Shown: positions 26,058 through 37,471 of the stretch, piece after piece
How positions within the stretch are numbered: the first letter of the stretch is position 1
How the letters are laid out: each line of letters begins with the position of its first letter
Virus record (IMG/VR): IMGVR_UViG_3300044699_000032
Span: 3,220 to 67,219 of that record
Direction: 5' to 3' (one strand)
Length of the DNA: 64,000 nucleotides
From: a virus
Notes under the pieces: model-generated
The model's input: the letters and a program-made list of their open reading frames with translations, nothing else
What the model was told of the DNA's origin: nothing
Database searches by the model: none
Program-made: the position numbers and the translations under genes

Positions 26058-29000
26058 GCGGCCTTTTTTCTCGCCCCGCCGCGAGCGACTTAGTTTGTTG
26101 GCCTCTCTCAGCGGTTCGGCCGTGACGCTTGCCGCCAGCATTTGCGTGTCGATCATCACTTTCATGCAGCGCACTAGCGTCCGCTCCAGACTTCTGATCG
26201 CTGCAATATTTGCGCTGCTGTAATTGTCGTTGGTGACGCCGCCGCTATTCATGGCGTACAAAGTACCGAGCCCGGCCGTTGCCACACCGCGCCGACTCAT
26301 GACGAATTCGCCGCCTTCGACATTGATGCCGACACCGCCGGACGAATGCCGGTTGCCGACGACTAGGCCGCCCTGTTCGTGATTACTGCCCGGCGACCAT
26401 GACGAGATAGAGCCAAGGAAGTTCGATATTCCGTCCAGCTTGACATTGCTCGCGACAATCGTTGCGTTGATCTGATTGGTTGAAGCCAGGATGGCGTTCG
26501 TGTTGCTAACACCTGACGCGGTCCCGGCATTGATCGCAGCCAAGTTGGCGTCAGCCGACGTCAAAGTCGCGTTGGTCGCATTCAAGTTCAAGTTTGTGTT
26601 ATTCGTGTTGGTAGCAACCGTGGGAAGGCTGTTTGCTTTGGTATCAATGGAGCTGGTATTGGTACTAACCGTTCCGACCCCTGTCTGCGTGCCCTGCGTC
26701 GCGGTCTTGATCAGTTCAAGCTGGCTGATCGATCCAGAGGTATCCAAATCCAAGCGCGTGAACATATCGCGCAGTGCGGAGTCGCTTGCCATTCCAGATA
26801 AGCCGGCTTGGAATTCATTGAAATCGAGCAAGCCATCAAGATTGGTATCTAAATTTTGAAACAACGGCGTGAGTGCCAACGCGACAGCTTGTGCGTCGCC
26901 GCTCTGCACTGCGTTTTGCAATACATCGAGTTTATTGGTGAGTGTTTCGGTTTGCGTTGTGATTGAATCCGTAATGCCATCGACAATGAATTGCTCGGCC
27001 GACACTTGCGACGGCAACGCCTGCAGTTGTCCGAGCATCTGATTGATGATCGTCTGCCCGGCGGCACTCGATCCGTAGTAACGGCGGACCGCCTCGACCA
27101 CGTCTTGCGCGTAGCTGGTGATGTTCGACAGCGCATCTCGACTGCCGCCTTGCGCCTGCGATAATTGCCCAGCGAACGCCGATTGTGCCGCCGCCAATTG
27201 CTGCGACGGCGGCAGGTTCGATTGTGTGCTGGCTTGGAAATGCGCGATCCAGTCTTGGACACGGCGCAACGCGCCCTCTAGGAAGTTTTGCGCTTCCTCA
27301 ATGAGGCGTTGCTGTTTCTCGGCGGCTTGCTGTTGCGCCTTCAATGCGTCGTCTGCCGCCTTCTTTTGCGCGTCAAGCGCACGATCGTTGAAGTCTTTGA
27401 TGATGTTGTAGCGCTGCTGCGCCTGCAGCGCTTCCAGGGCGGCGAGTGCTTGGCCGCCGAGTTTTATTTCCTCCTGGCGTTGACGCAACGCCTGCTGGTC
27501 GAAGACCGCCAGCGCGCCAGCCAGCGTGTTCTGGTCTTGCTTGAGAACAAACAACTGATCTTCATAGCTCTGGATCGTTTTTGCGATCTCTTCCGTCGAT
27601 CGCTTGGCCGCCTCTGCGACTTCCTCGATCGCCTCGCTGAATTCATGCAGGCTGGTCCCCGCGAGCCCAAGCATGCTTTGCAAGGCATCGAAGGAACTAC
27701 CAGCCAGTTCAGCGCCATCGACAATCTTCTGTGCCGAGCGGACAAAGAATTCATCGATCAGCGATGTCTCGATACCAAGCGCCGCCGCGTCGGCACGCAT
27801 CTGCTTGACCTTTGCGGCAAGCTCGGTGGCCTGATTAATCCACTCACCGCCGGCGAGTTCGTTCACTTGTGTCGCAAGCCCGCCCAGGAAATCGCCGCGC
27901 AATTTGTCGAGCGCGACATTGAGCTTTTCGCTGACTGCAGCGGCGGCATCTTCCGCCGATACCCCGAGTTCGACCAGCGCACCTTGCAAGGCAGCAGCCT
28001 TACTGGTGAGGTCGGCAAGCTTGGTCGCCGTCTCAGACAGCGGCGCTGGAATATCCAGCAGCGCCAGCAATGCCTTCTGCGCCGCCGCGTTTAGGTCCGT
28101 GAATGCCGCTGTCTGGTCCGACAACGTCCTGCTGGAAAATTCTTCGATCGACGCGTTTAGCGATTTGAACTGATCCATCAGCGACTTTACCGCTTGACGC
28201 GCTTCGGCAAGTGGACCGTGCGCGCCGAACCCACTGATGAGGTCCGGCAGATCGCTGGCAAATTCGCGCAGCAGCCGACCGACGCCCGCGATCGATGTTG
28301 CTCCGACCGCCGCCTCGCCGGCAAAGTCGTGCGCCGCATTCGCGGCCTTCATCAATTGTGCGGCAGTGTTGATGATCGATTCGATAGAGGTTGTCAGCGC
28401 GCCTGTTCCCAGCCCCTTTGCTTCACGATTGAACTTCGCAAGTTCATCCGTCATTCCGGCCCAAGCTTCCTGCGCCTTCTTTAATTCTTCGGCGGCACGG
28501 CGGTTTGCCTCTTCCTGTTTTTTAGATGCTTGGTCGTCGCCGCCCTTGCCGAACATCTTGCCGATCAGGCTGGCTCCGACGCCGACAGCAATGCTGCCAA
28601 GCGGCCCGCCGAATGAACCAAGCGCGGGCGCAAGCTGGCCGATGAGGTCTGTAATACCGCCGCTGATCTGCTTGGCGAATGAAGCTGTGCCAAGCTGAAT
28701 CAGTTGCTTGCCCAAACCTTCAAGCGCCTTGCCGAGCGCCTCGGTGGCACCGACGCCGTCGAGCATACCTTGGATGAACGTGTTGGCGAATGTGCTGGCG
28801 ATGCCCTCAACCATCTGCAGTTGGCGCTCACGCTCGCGCATCGCCTCCCGCTCCAGCCGCGCGGCTTCCCGCGCAGCTTCGGATTGCGCTCGTCTGGCGT
28901 CGCGCTCGGCGTCTCGTTGTGCCTTCGCGGCTGCTTTCGCCGCTTCGGCTTGGTCGACGATGATTTTTTTGCTGCGTGCGATCGAGTCCGCATACTTGTT

Positions 29001-30443
29001 GATCTGAGCGATGACCTCGGGCGTGAGCGTTTTCCCCTCGGACAGTATCTTTTGCCGCGCAGTTTCGGCGGCGGTAAACCGCGCCGCTTCGACCGCGCTC
29101 ATGCCGGCGGCCTTGGCTTGGATTTCCATCGACACGGCCTGCTGCTTCATGCCGTCAAGTGTGGTGGCGATGACGTCTTTCAATCCAAGCAAGGCGGTCT
29201 GCGCGTCGGTGGCCGTTCCTGCAAGCTGCGCAAGCATCGCCGCAGCCCTTTCATAGCCGGCCGCCGCATCGAGTGCCGGCTGCATTTGTTTCAGCATCTC
29301 GGCCGCCGCTTTCGCCAATTCTGGATTAGCGGTCTGCGCCGCCGTTCCGATTTGCGACACGCGATCGGCCAGCGATTTGACATCGCCCGCGCCACGCGCG
29401 CTCGAATTGAACTCCTTGATCGCATCGCTCAATTCTTGGAACTTGCTGGTGCGCTCGGTGATTTGCATGGCGTCGATTCCGACGACGCCGCCCGCCATTG
29501 GCGCTGCTGTTGTACTGAATTGATCGGCTAATGTTTTGAGTTGCTTTTCCAGATCAGCCAAATTGCGCGTGAGTTGGAATTCGGTAACGAGTTTGCTCTG
29601 ATCCAGAAATTGACCGGCCGCACCAGCCGCGCCGGAATAGGCGTCTTTGACGACGCCGAGCAACCGCGCTTGCTCTTTGAGGCTTTGCTCTAATGTCGGC
29701 TGCTGATCACGAAATATTAGATAAAAGGCGGTCGCAGCCGCGCCCACGGCGGCAAGCGCCAACCCGGCAACCCCAAGCGGGCCGATCATTCCGACAATTT
29801 GCTTGCCGAAGTTGCCGAGTGATACGCCGCTGGAGGTAAATATATCGGCAATCTGCGAGCCTTGCTGAACGGCGACGGTCATAATGCTTTGACCTGAGAC
29901 CAGCGACACGCCGACGTCTTGCACTTGCCGCGACAGGTTGACCAACTCGTAGCGCGCGAGCTTAGTTTGGCTCCCGTATTTCTCGACGGCTTGGCCACCC
30001 TTCCCGAAATTGTCATTGGCAGCTTGCGCGGCTCTGCCAACGTCCGACATTCCGCGCACGAGTCTATCATTAGCCATCGTGCTTTCCGACATGCGCTTGG
30101 TCATGTCGCTCATGGCAGTGGACGTTCTGCCGTACTGTGCCGCCGCCGCCGCCATCAGTTCATTGCTACGTTCCTGCGTCGCCAACCCTTGCGCCTGCGC
30201 GCGCTCAAGGGTTTGCGTAACCTTTGCCATTTGCTCTTGCGACTTAAACGTCTGATCGAGTTGGCGCTGTAGCCGCTGATAGGCACGCTCGACGCCAAGT
30301 GTCGCCTTCTCTTGTGTGACGGCAGACGCCGCAACTGTATCTCCGGCCGCCGCAAGCCCCTGCAACTGGTTCGTCGATTCCTGCACGCCCTCGGTCTTCG
30401 ACCGGATCGTCAGGGTACGGATCAGATTGGTGCTAGTCGCCAT
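26058..30443 (-). CDS. tape measure protein
   Basis: About 1460 aa, Ala/Gln-rich helical sequence. NLSRQVQDVGVSLVSGQSIMTVAVQQGSQI lambda-type TMP motif; follows the tail chaperones. Confidence 0.92.
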
Positions 30444-31303
30444 TCAATGCATCTTCTTTTGCTTGGTTTGCCTTTTGTTTGCCGCTGCAGCACGCGCTTT
30501 GATCACTTCCATCACGGCTCTTGTGCGATCGGGATCAGACGCCTCCGCGACCATGCCCTTGTCGTTCGTGTTTTTGCTAGGGCTGTTGGCGAGCGAGATA
30601 TATTTGTTATCCATCTGCCGAATGATGGAATGGAAGACGTCGTAGTCCTCGCCCTCGATCGCGAACTCGGCGGCGTATCGCTTGATCGCCGATCGCGGGA
30701 TCGGTCCCATGCCCATCCCGATTTGCCGCTCGCTGGACAACTCGTTGAACGCTTCCCAATAGAACCGGTTCTGCGTCCAGATTTCGGGCTGCGTAAATAA
30801 CCAAGCGGCCGGTTCAATGCCACGCTCGACCTTGTCTAGCTCGCCTTCAACTTTCGACCCCCATCTGTGCTGCCAGATGAGAGCCTCAATAAGTTTCCCG
30901 CGTCTTCCTCCACGTCTTCCTTGCTTTGCTCCGCGACCCAATTCGCCGCCCACGACACTGACTCGCGGAAGCGCCGATAATCAGGATCGGTCATGAGCTT
31001 GTTAGCCGTCTCACGACTGTACGGAAGCGGATTACCGTCGTCGTCATCCAGCCCGTCCCAATCGAGTAAGGACGTGTTGAGTAGGCACTTAGTGGTGATG
31101 TCGTCAGAATCCTCCGGCTCCAATTGGCCGGACATTCTTCGCTTGCGCGGAATGGCCTGGATCAGCTTTTGCTGCAGCTTCCGCCAATCCTTGTTATTGC
31201 TGCCGCGCACCTTGAGCCGAAGACCTTCCATGTCTGGAATGTTGTCGACCCAAGCACCTTCCTCTGCGCGGCCAGAATCAACCGCGACATCTTTGAGCTT
31301 CAT
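30444..31303 (-). CDS. tail assembly chaperones G (30836..31303) and GT via a -1 frameshift
   Basis: Overlapping ORFs with the slippery heptamer G GGA AAC at 30899-30893. The -1 frame continues GKLIEALIW...YWEAFNELSSERQIGMGMGPIP. Confidence 0.85.
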
Positions 31304-31338
31304 GTAGCTTCCTCCTGTTGAAAAGAAACGGCGTCAGC

Positions 31339-31824
31339 TTAGGTTGAGATCGCCGCCAGCACCGTGAACAACTCGGAGTTGACGCCGACGTTGTAGGTAT
31401 TTCTGATGACGTTGTCGTTGGTGCCGATATTTTTCCGCCGCGACTGCACCAGCCCACGAAAGTATTGAACCGTGTCGTTGTACGCAGCGGTTGGTCCGTC
31501 CGGCAGAATCACCTTGAACGCATAGTTGAAGTTGGTTTGCTCGGCCGCCTCGATTGCTGCCTGACCAACGTCGAGCGGATCGTGCGCGACGGTGATGGTC
31601 ATCTGACCGGCGTCGCGAGCGCCCTTGGCATGTTGCGTGCGTGCGTCGCCCAACGCGGCGAATGTCACGTCGTTCGACTGATCGCCAAACTCGCCGACGC
31701 TTTCGATGTTCCTGATCTCGGTCCATGTCGACATCGCTTGGAATTCAGCCAAGCTGTCGGCCTCTAGTGTGGTGACCGCTGCGCCGATGAAGACTTGCGT
31801 ACCCGATGCCGTGACGAATGCCAT
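31339..31824 (-). CDS. major tail tube protein
   Basis: WTEI..IESVGEFGD...VTFAALGDARTQHAKGARDAG...DPLDVGQAA. Confidence 0.85.
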   Translation of the reverse strand: MAFVTASGTQVFIGAAVTTLEADSLAEFQAMSTWTEIRNIESVGEFGDQSNDVTFAALGDARTQHAKGARDAGQMTITVAHDPLDVGQAAIEAAEQTNFNYAFKVILPDGPTAAYNDTVQYFRGLVQSRRKNIGTNDNVIRNTYNVGVNSELFTVLAAIST

Positions 31825-31857
31825 CGTCGTTTCTCCTATGATCGCCGTGGTTGCTGG

Positions 31858-32280
31858 TTAAACGCTAAGAGGTTCGTACACGGCAGACACGAACTCGTAG
31901 CGATAGGGAACGATGATGCTGTACATGACCCAATTGCCTTCCTCGATTGTGTCGTCGATGACGGGTCCGTCCGGCACGAACGTCTCGATGCCGTCGAACT
32001 TCACCGCGCGAAACATCCATGCAAGCTCGTCGGACCATGCGAGCCCTTGCGCGGAACCGACGCCGCGCACGACATTGAGCACGATACGGATCGCGCCTTC
32101 CTCCCAGAAGGTCCGGCCAAGCGCGGGGCGAACGCCATTCGCAACCGGGTATTGTACGACGACGAAAGACTCGACGCCGTCCGGCGGTTGTGTTTGTGCG
32201 TCGTAAGGAATGATTGGCGACACGGTCCAGTTCGCCATCAACCGCGCCTCGACTGCGTCCGCTACTGCTTTGCTAGGCAT
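31858..32280 (-). CDS. tail terminator-like protein
   Basis: MPSKAVADAVEARL...FWEEGAIRIVLNV..GVG...IVPYRYE; directly upstream of the tube gene. Confidence 0.7.
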   Translation of the reverse strand: MPSKAVADAVEARLMANWTVSPIIPYDAQTQPPDGVESFVVVQYPVANGVRPALGRTFWEEGAIRIVLNVVRGVGSAQGLAWSDELAWMFRAVKFDGIETFVPDGPVIDDTIEEGNWVMYSIIVPYRYEFVSAVYEPLSV

Positions 32281-32863
32281 TGGTTTTGACCACAATCGCG
32301 GGATTGCGCTCGCCGCCGGGAAGCGTGGCGAACGTGTAGCTGATGCGGGAAATGTTGCCGGCGCGAACGCGCGCCAGCGCAGCGACCGCTTGATAGACGC
32401 CTTCCGGTGCCTGCGATGACGAACCGCGCTCGACCTTGCGGGCATACGGAACGGTGTTCACAAAAATGTATTCATCGGCGACCGGGACAAGTTGGTCGAC
32501 GACCGCCACGTGTCTGCCGTCCGCAAACAGTTCGTGTGACTTCTGATAGAGCCCGCTCTTGACCGGCGAGAACTTGAACAACTGTTCCGAAATCCAGATC
32601 AGGACATCCGAGACAAGCTCGAATTCGGCGACGATGATGCCGTTCGGCCGGACAGCTGTAAGCGGCTTGCCCTGCGCACCGTCGACGAAGATTTTGTATG
32701 GCGGCACACGACCGAGCGCAGCAGCATTGATACGCTTCGCGTCCTCGATCTCTTCCTCTGCGAATGCAGCAAGCAATTCCGATGCTGCGTCGCCCCCAAG
32801 ATCGCCGACAAGAACTTGGACGTCCCTGGAAAGCGGCTCAAGTTTGATGGTGAGAGCCATCAA
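32273..32863 (-). CDS. neck/tail completion protein (HK97 gp10-like)
   Basis: SPVKSGLY...IFVNTVPYARKVERG.S.QAPEGVY motif. Confidence 0.7.
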   Translation of the reverse strand: MMALTIKLEPLSRDVQVLVGDLGGDAASELLAAFAEEEIEDAKRINAAALGRVPPYKIFVDGAQGKPLTAVRPNGIIVAEFELVSDVLIWISEQLFKFSPVKSGLYQKSHELFADGRHVAVVDQLVPVADEYIFVNTVPYARKVERGSSSQAPEGVYQAVAALARVRAGNISRISYTFATLPGGERNPAIVVKTNA

Positions 32864-33410
32864 TCACCTGTTCGAACGTCAGATACGGGAAGCACGTCAA
32901 CGCCGAGTCCGGCGTACAGTTTATGATCGTGGTGCCACGGGCCGCGAACTTGTCGGCGACGTGCTCGATATCCTCGCGCCAAATCTTCATTTCGTTTTCG
33001 CCGGGATTGCGAAGCCCGACGCGCGTGCTGTGCGGCGGATGCCAATGCACGCCATTTCTCGGGTGCATCTCAAAGCCGACCAGCAGGATCGGGTTAGCTC
33101 CCAACTTTTCGGCCAGATAGATCGCCCGCAAACCGCTCGTCGCGCCGTTGGAGATAAAGCAGTCGATGCCGAACATCTCGGTGGCGTGAGGCGACGCTGT
33201 CACCCGCCGACCGGGGAACTGCGGCACGCCACCGTTGTCGACCCACCAAATCCCATCCATGGCGAACAGGATGTCTGCCCATGGCACGAGCCGCCACGAC
33301 TCGTTCACCGCCACAACCCGCGCCCACCCACGCGCAAGCTCTAGCGGCGTCCTGGCTGCGCTAGGACCGGCACCGACCACGATGGCCGTCTGGTCTTTCC
33401 AGCTAACCAC
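32838..33410 (-). CDS. Maf/DUF115 (MptE-like) glycosyltransferase-fold protein, copy 1
   Basis: IVVGAGPSA...VVAVNESW...ADILFAMD..WW...SGLRAIYLA..LGA.PILLVGFEM...IINCT. Confidence 0.7.
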   Translation of the reverse strand: MVSWKDQTAIVVGAGPSAARTPLELARGWARVVAVNESWRLVPWADILFAMDGIWWVDNGGVPQFPGRRVTASPHATEMFGIDCFISNGATSGLRAIYLAEKLGANPILLVGFEMHPRNGVHWHPPHSTRVGLRNPGENEMKIWREDIEHVADKFAARGTTIINCTPDSALTCFPYLTFEQVIDGSHHQT

Positions 33411-33783
33411 GGGCCTGTATTTCGAGCGCTATCAACACGCCGCGAACGCGCCGGGTAGAATCGTCACTGGCAATGATCTGCAGTTCCTTGCCGTCGCGGG
33501 TTACGATCTTGTCCGATGTCAAGATCGGCAGGGTCAAAGTCTGCGGCGGGCTGTCGGTCGTCGGCTGCGTGATATCGTCCGCCAAGGCGATGACGCGGCG
33601 ATCGCCCTGCATAATGGTGCCGACCAACTCGGTTGGCCCGTAGCCTGCGATGCGTGCCAGCACCGGCCGGTCAATCTTCGGTCGATTGGTGCCAGTGCCG
33701 GTGTAGCGCCGGATGGTGACCATTTCACCGACAAGCGCGAGTTGCGCGCGGTAGTCGGCCTTGATCTGGCTAGGCGTGCTCAT
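33403..33783 (-). CDS. head closure/head-tail adaptor
   Basis: GEMVTIRRY...ELVGTIMQGDRRVI...IALEIQARG; follows the connector gene. Confidence 0.7.
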   Translation of the reverse strand: MSTPSQIKADYRAQLALVGEMVTIRRYTGTGTNRPKIDRPVLARIAGYGPTELVGTIMQGDRRVIALADDITQPTTDSPPQTLTLPILTSDKIVTRDGKELQIIASDDSTRRVRGVLIALEIQARG

Positions 33784-34412
33784 ACCACGACATGCGACTT
33801 GTAGGGGGCGAGCAGTGTTTTCACTTCCGGCGGCATCCCGCCACCCTGCCCCACGCCACCCACCCAATAATCGTAGGTTGATACGCCGGGGATGGCGACG
33901 CCCTTGATCATCGGATCGCGCGTCTTGGCGAAGTAGCTTTGTTTCATGAGCAAGAGGCAGGCTTGTTCAAGATCGTGCGGCAAGGTCTGCAGCAGTTCAT
34001 AGCCAGCGCTGTACGTGACGATGATCCTGCCGCCGGTCCAAGCGGAGCGATAAGCGCCACGCACTCGATACAGGAGCCCGTTGCTGCTTTGAAACTCATA
34101 CTGATCGGCCGGCAAGACTTGATTGGATTCCGTTATCGACACCACTTCGCTGATCGGATAGCGCGACAGGATCAGCGCGTCGTCGCATGATTGCCAGCCA
34201 AGATTGAAATGGTCGGCGACGGTTTCTAGTTGAAACACCCGACCGCATGCCGACGCGATCGCGACCGACGTTTGCGTGATCTTGGTTTGCAGCCATGCGT
34301 CTTGCTCAGTGTCGGTGATCCCCAATTCCAGCTTAACGGTTGCGAGCGTCGTCAGATCGAGCGATGCGCCCGGCATGACGATGACGGTTTTGAACGGCGA
34401 TGCTGACATCAT
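33780..34412 (-). CDS. head-tail connector (gp6-like)
   Basis: DLTTLATVKLELGI...ACGRVF...LSRYPI...VTYSAGY...LPHDLEQAC...LLAPY. Confidence 0.85.
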   Translation of the reverse strand: MMSASPFKTVIVMPGASLDLTTLATVKLELGITDTEQDAWLQTKITQTSVAIASACGRVFQLETVADHFNLGWQSCDDALILSRYPISEVVSITESNQVLPADQYEFQSSNGLLYRVRGAYRSAWTGGRIIVTYSAGYELLQTLPHDLEQACLLLMKQSYFAKTRDPMIKGVAIPGVSTYDYWVGGVGQGGGMPPEVKTLLAPYKSHVVV

Positions 34413-37162
34413 GACCTCGGTTCAGATGGCGTTCCTGGCGGCCTCGGCGTTGCAACATTAGCGGCTGATCTCGGATCAGATGGTGTTCCCGGTGAGCGAG
34501 GTGTTGCAACGTTAGCGGCGCTTCTGTTCGATGCCTCATCGTACCACTCACGCCGGGGAACATTTCCTATTACACCCCCTCGGATATGCGGAACAAAGAA
34601 CACATCGGCATCAGCATAATGATTGGCAAACAAATGCTGATCATCCAAGTTCCCAATAATGGGAATCTTAAATATGTCAGCATCAACGAACGTATTCGGT
34701 AGCAGCACCAGCGACACAACAGGAGTGAAGAATGCGTCGCTGTCCACATAGCGCGTCGGCAACAGCGGATTGACCAACACCACGATCGGCGCAAAGAATG
34801 CATCAGCATCGGAATACTTTGTTGGCTCCACACTGATGGTGATAGTGGGAGCAAAAAACGTATCGGTATCGACGAATAGATTAGGTTGAACAGTTGCCGT
34901 GCCACCCTGTGCGGTGGGCGTGAAAAACGCATCTGCATCGGTATATAAGCTTGGCTGCAGCGCACGGACCGACAGCACAACGTGTGTGAAGTATGTGTCC
35001 GTGTCTGCATAGAGCGCCGATGCAAGGTTGACCGCACCGGGTGCGACCACATGATTAAAAAAGGCGTCAGCATCAGTAACCAGTGCCGGTGCTAGATTTT
35101 TGATCCCCGCAGCATCTAGCACCTGCGTAAAGAAGGCATCCGCATCGGTGTGCGGCGTCGGCTGCAGATTTTGATCTGCTGCCAGGAACAGAGCGGCAAA
35201 ATCAATAAGGCCGGTATCAACAAACTCTTCATCAACAACCAGTTCCAGAATCGGATGCGCGGCAGTCGGTTCGGGTACAATCGCAATAACTGTGTGCGTG
35301 AAGATTAGATCTATATCGGCAAATAATATTGGCCGCAGATCGAGGATTACGTCATCAGCGGTCGTGGAAATAAAGCTTCCAAGTTCTGAGGCAAAAATAA
35401 CGGGGTCATAAATTGAAAAAACTTGTTCAACCAACGCAGGCAGCACTACATCGCTCGGCACTACATGCGTCAGGAACGCATCGGTATCAACATGCAATGC
35501 CGGCGCTAAATTAACTGCGCCGACCCCTACGGTGGGCGAATAGAACGACTCTGCGTCTGTAAATAGTGCTGGTGCAAGATCGACACTGCCAAACGACACC
35601 GTATGAGTGAAAAATGCGTCATCTGCTGCGTGGAGCGTCGGCGCAAGATTGACCGCGCTGACCCCCGCGGTAGGCGAATAGAACGACTCTGCATCGGTAA
35701 ATAATGGTGGCGCAAGGTCGACACTGCCGACCCCCACGGTGTGCATGAAAAATGCGTCATCCGCTGCATAAAGCGATGGTGCAAGATTGACTGCGCCGAC
35801 CGCTAAGGCGTGCGTGAAGTAGGAGTCCGCATCATCAACCAGTGTTGGCGCAAGATTGAGCGCGCCAACATTCGCAACGTGCGTGAAGAATGAATCAGTA
35901 TCTTCAAATAGCGCTGGTGCTAGAGCGACACCGCCGGGCGCTATGACGTGTGTGAAGTACGTTTCGCCATCGATAAAAACACTGTCTTGTGTCAACGATT
36001 GCGAAGGAACATCCGCCGGACGTGTGAAGCTCCCTAACTCTTCTGCAAAAATTACCGGATCATAAATTGAGAAGACTTGATCAATGTAATCCGCGACTGC
36101 CGCGGCTGCCAGTGTATGCGTGAAGAACGCATCGCTGTCAGTGTAAGAAGTAGTTGGGCTTAAATTCTGTGTGCCTCCTGTATACGTGATGACGATAAGG
36201 CCGGATGCGCCCGCGCCCGCCGTCTTGGTGCCTGCTGCAACGCGAGTGCCGCCAGCACCGCCACCGCCACCGCCATAGTTGCCGCCAGCCGCCACCGCTG
36301 GTGACGGGCGTGCCGCCAGTGTTAGAGTTGGCCCCGCCGCCACCGCCACCACCACCCGGTCCACCGGTCGCGCTGTCGGAAGGTCTGGGTATAGACCGCA
36401 TTGACACCGCCAGCACCGCCGGACGTGGTCGCGCCGCTAACAGCGGAGAAGAAACCGCCGCCGCCGCCCTTGCCGCCAGAGACACCCGCGCCGCCCGCTG
36501 GCGTGCCCGATGTGCCGCCCGCGCCACCTGTGCCACCGCCTGCCGTTCCATTAGCTGTGCTGGCGTTGCTTGCACTGCCGCCATTGTCACTGGCACCGCC
36601 ACCGCCGCCACCGAACAATGTTGTTGTACAAGCGCCGCCGGTACCGCCAACACCGGTTGGACCACCGGCACCGCCGCCGCCACCGCCCGAGCCGGTGACA
36701 GCAGCGACCGCGCCACCCGTTCCACCATTCTGTCCGAGCGACGCGGTGTAGGTCGGTACCGTTGGCGTGCCGACCGTGGTCGTAGTCGCGACGCCACCCA
36801 CGCCGCCTGCAGTGTCTGTGCCGCCAGCGCCGCCGCCTTCGCCCGACTCCACATAGCGGCAGTTCGCGAACGAAGCTGAACCCCAGCAAGTAGCGACGCC
36901 GGTCGTTTTGACCGTCGTGCTCGGGTTGTCGATCGACACCAAGAACGCCGTGGTGGACGCCAACGCACCCGACGTTTGCGTAAGCAACACATGCGCGCCA
37001 CCGCCACCGCCCGGACCAGAACGGTACGTGGTAACACCTTGTGTTGCCAGTACCACCGCGTCCGCCGCAGCCAATGAGCCGAACGGTATGGCCCGCATCA
37101 GTCCAGCCGGCCGGACGGCTGTAGGGGGACGTACTGCCGTTGACCAGGAAGACGGTAGGCAA
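34409..37162 (-). CDS. large Gly-rich plus tandem-repeat virion-associated protein, frameshifted
   Basis: TTG start after GGAG (MPTVFLVNG...LIGCGGRGG). Gly-rich domain ending GASGLIVITY, then many roughly 23-25-aa repeats of L.P.L..D.D.FFTH.V. Confidence 0.7.
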
Positions 37163-37471
37163 AACTACGTCTCCACTATGTCGTGAAGATTGACAGACTC
37201 CCGATGAAAGCCTGCGCTTGCGCCTAAGCAGAAACAGCGCCACGGCCGGATGCTTAAGGTCGTCCGGGTCGTTGCGCGAGCCGATCCACCATAACGCATG
37301 CAACTCGGCGCGTCGGATCACGGTCGGTATTTGGTCGAATGGCACCGGCTCATCGACTTCATAGTTTGGCACGATGAGCAGAAGTTGACCGGGCGGATGT
37401 GATGCTTCAAGCCATTGCGTGGCGCGACCACAACGTGCCAGCCGCCATAACCGTCAAGCACGGCCGCAACG

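Noticed and set aside
24732-29531. Long + strand ORFs antisense to tail genes (453, 275 and 268 aa), and similar ones opposite terL and MT-A70
   Set aside because: Shadow ORFs caused by high-GC codon bias, with no recognisable motifs.
24441-30443. 2000-aa tape measure-hub fusion
   Set aside because: The junction is an A6 homopolymer (GAG AAA AAA GGC CGC GTG ATC). Removing one A gives EKKAA-stop overlapping a GTG start, the normal two-gene layout. Most likely a homopolymer error, though a real frameshift fusion is not excluded.
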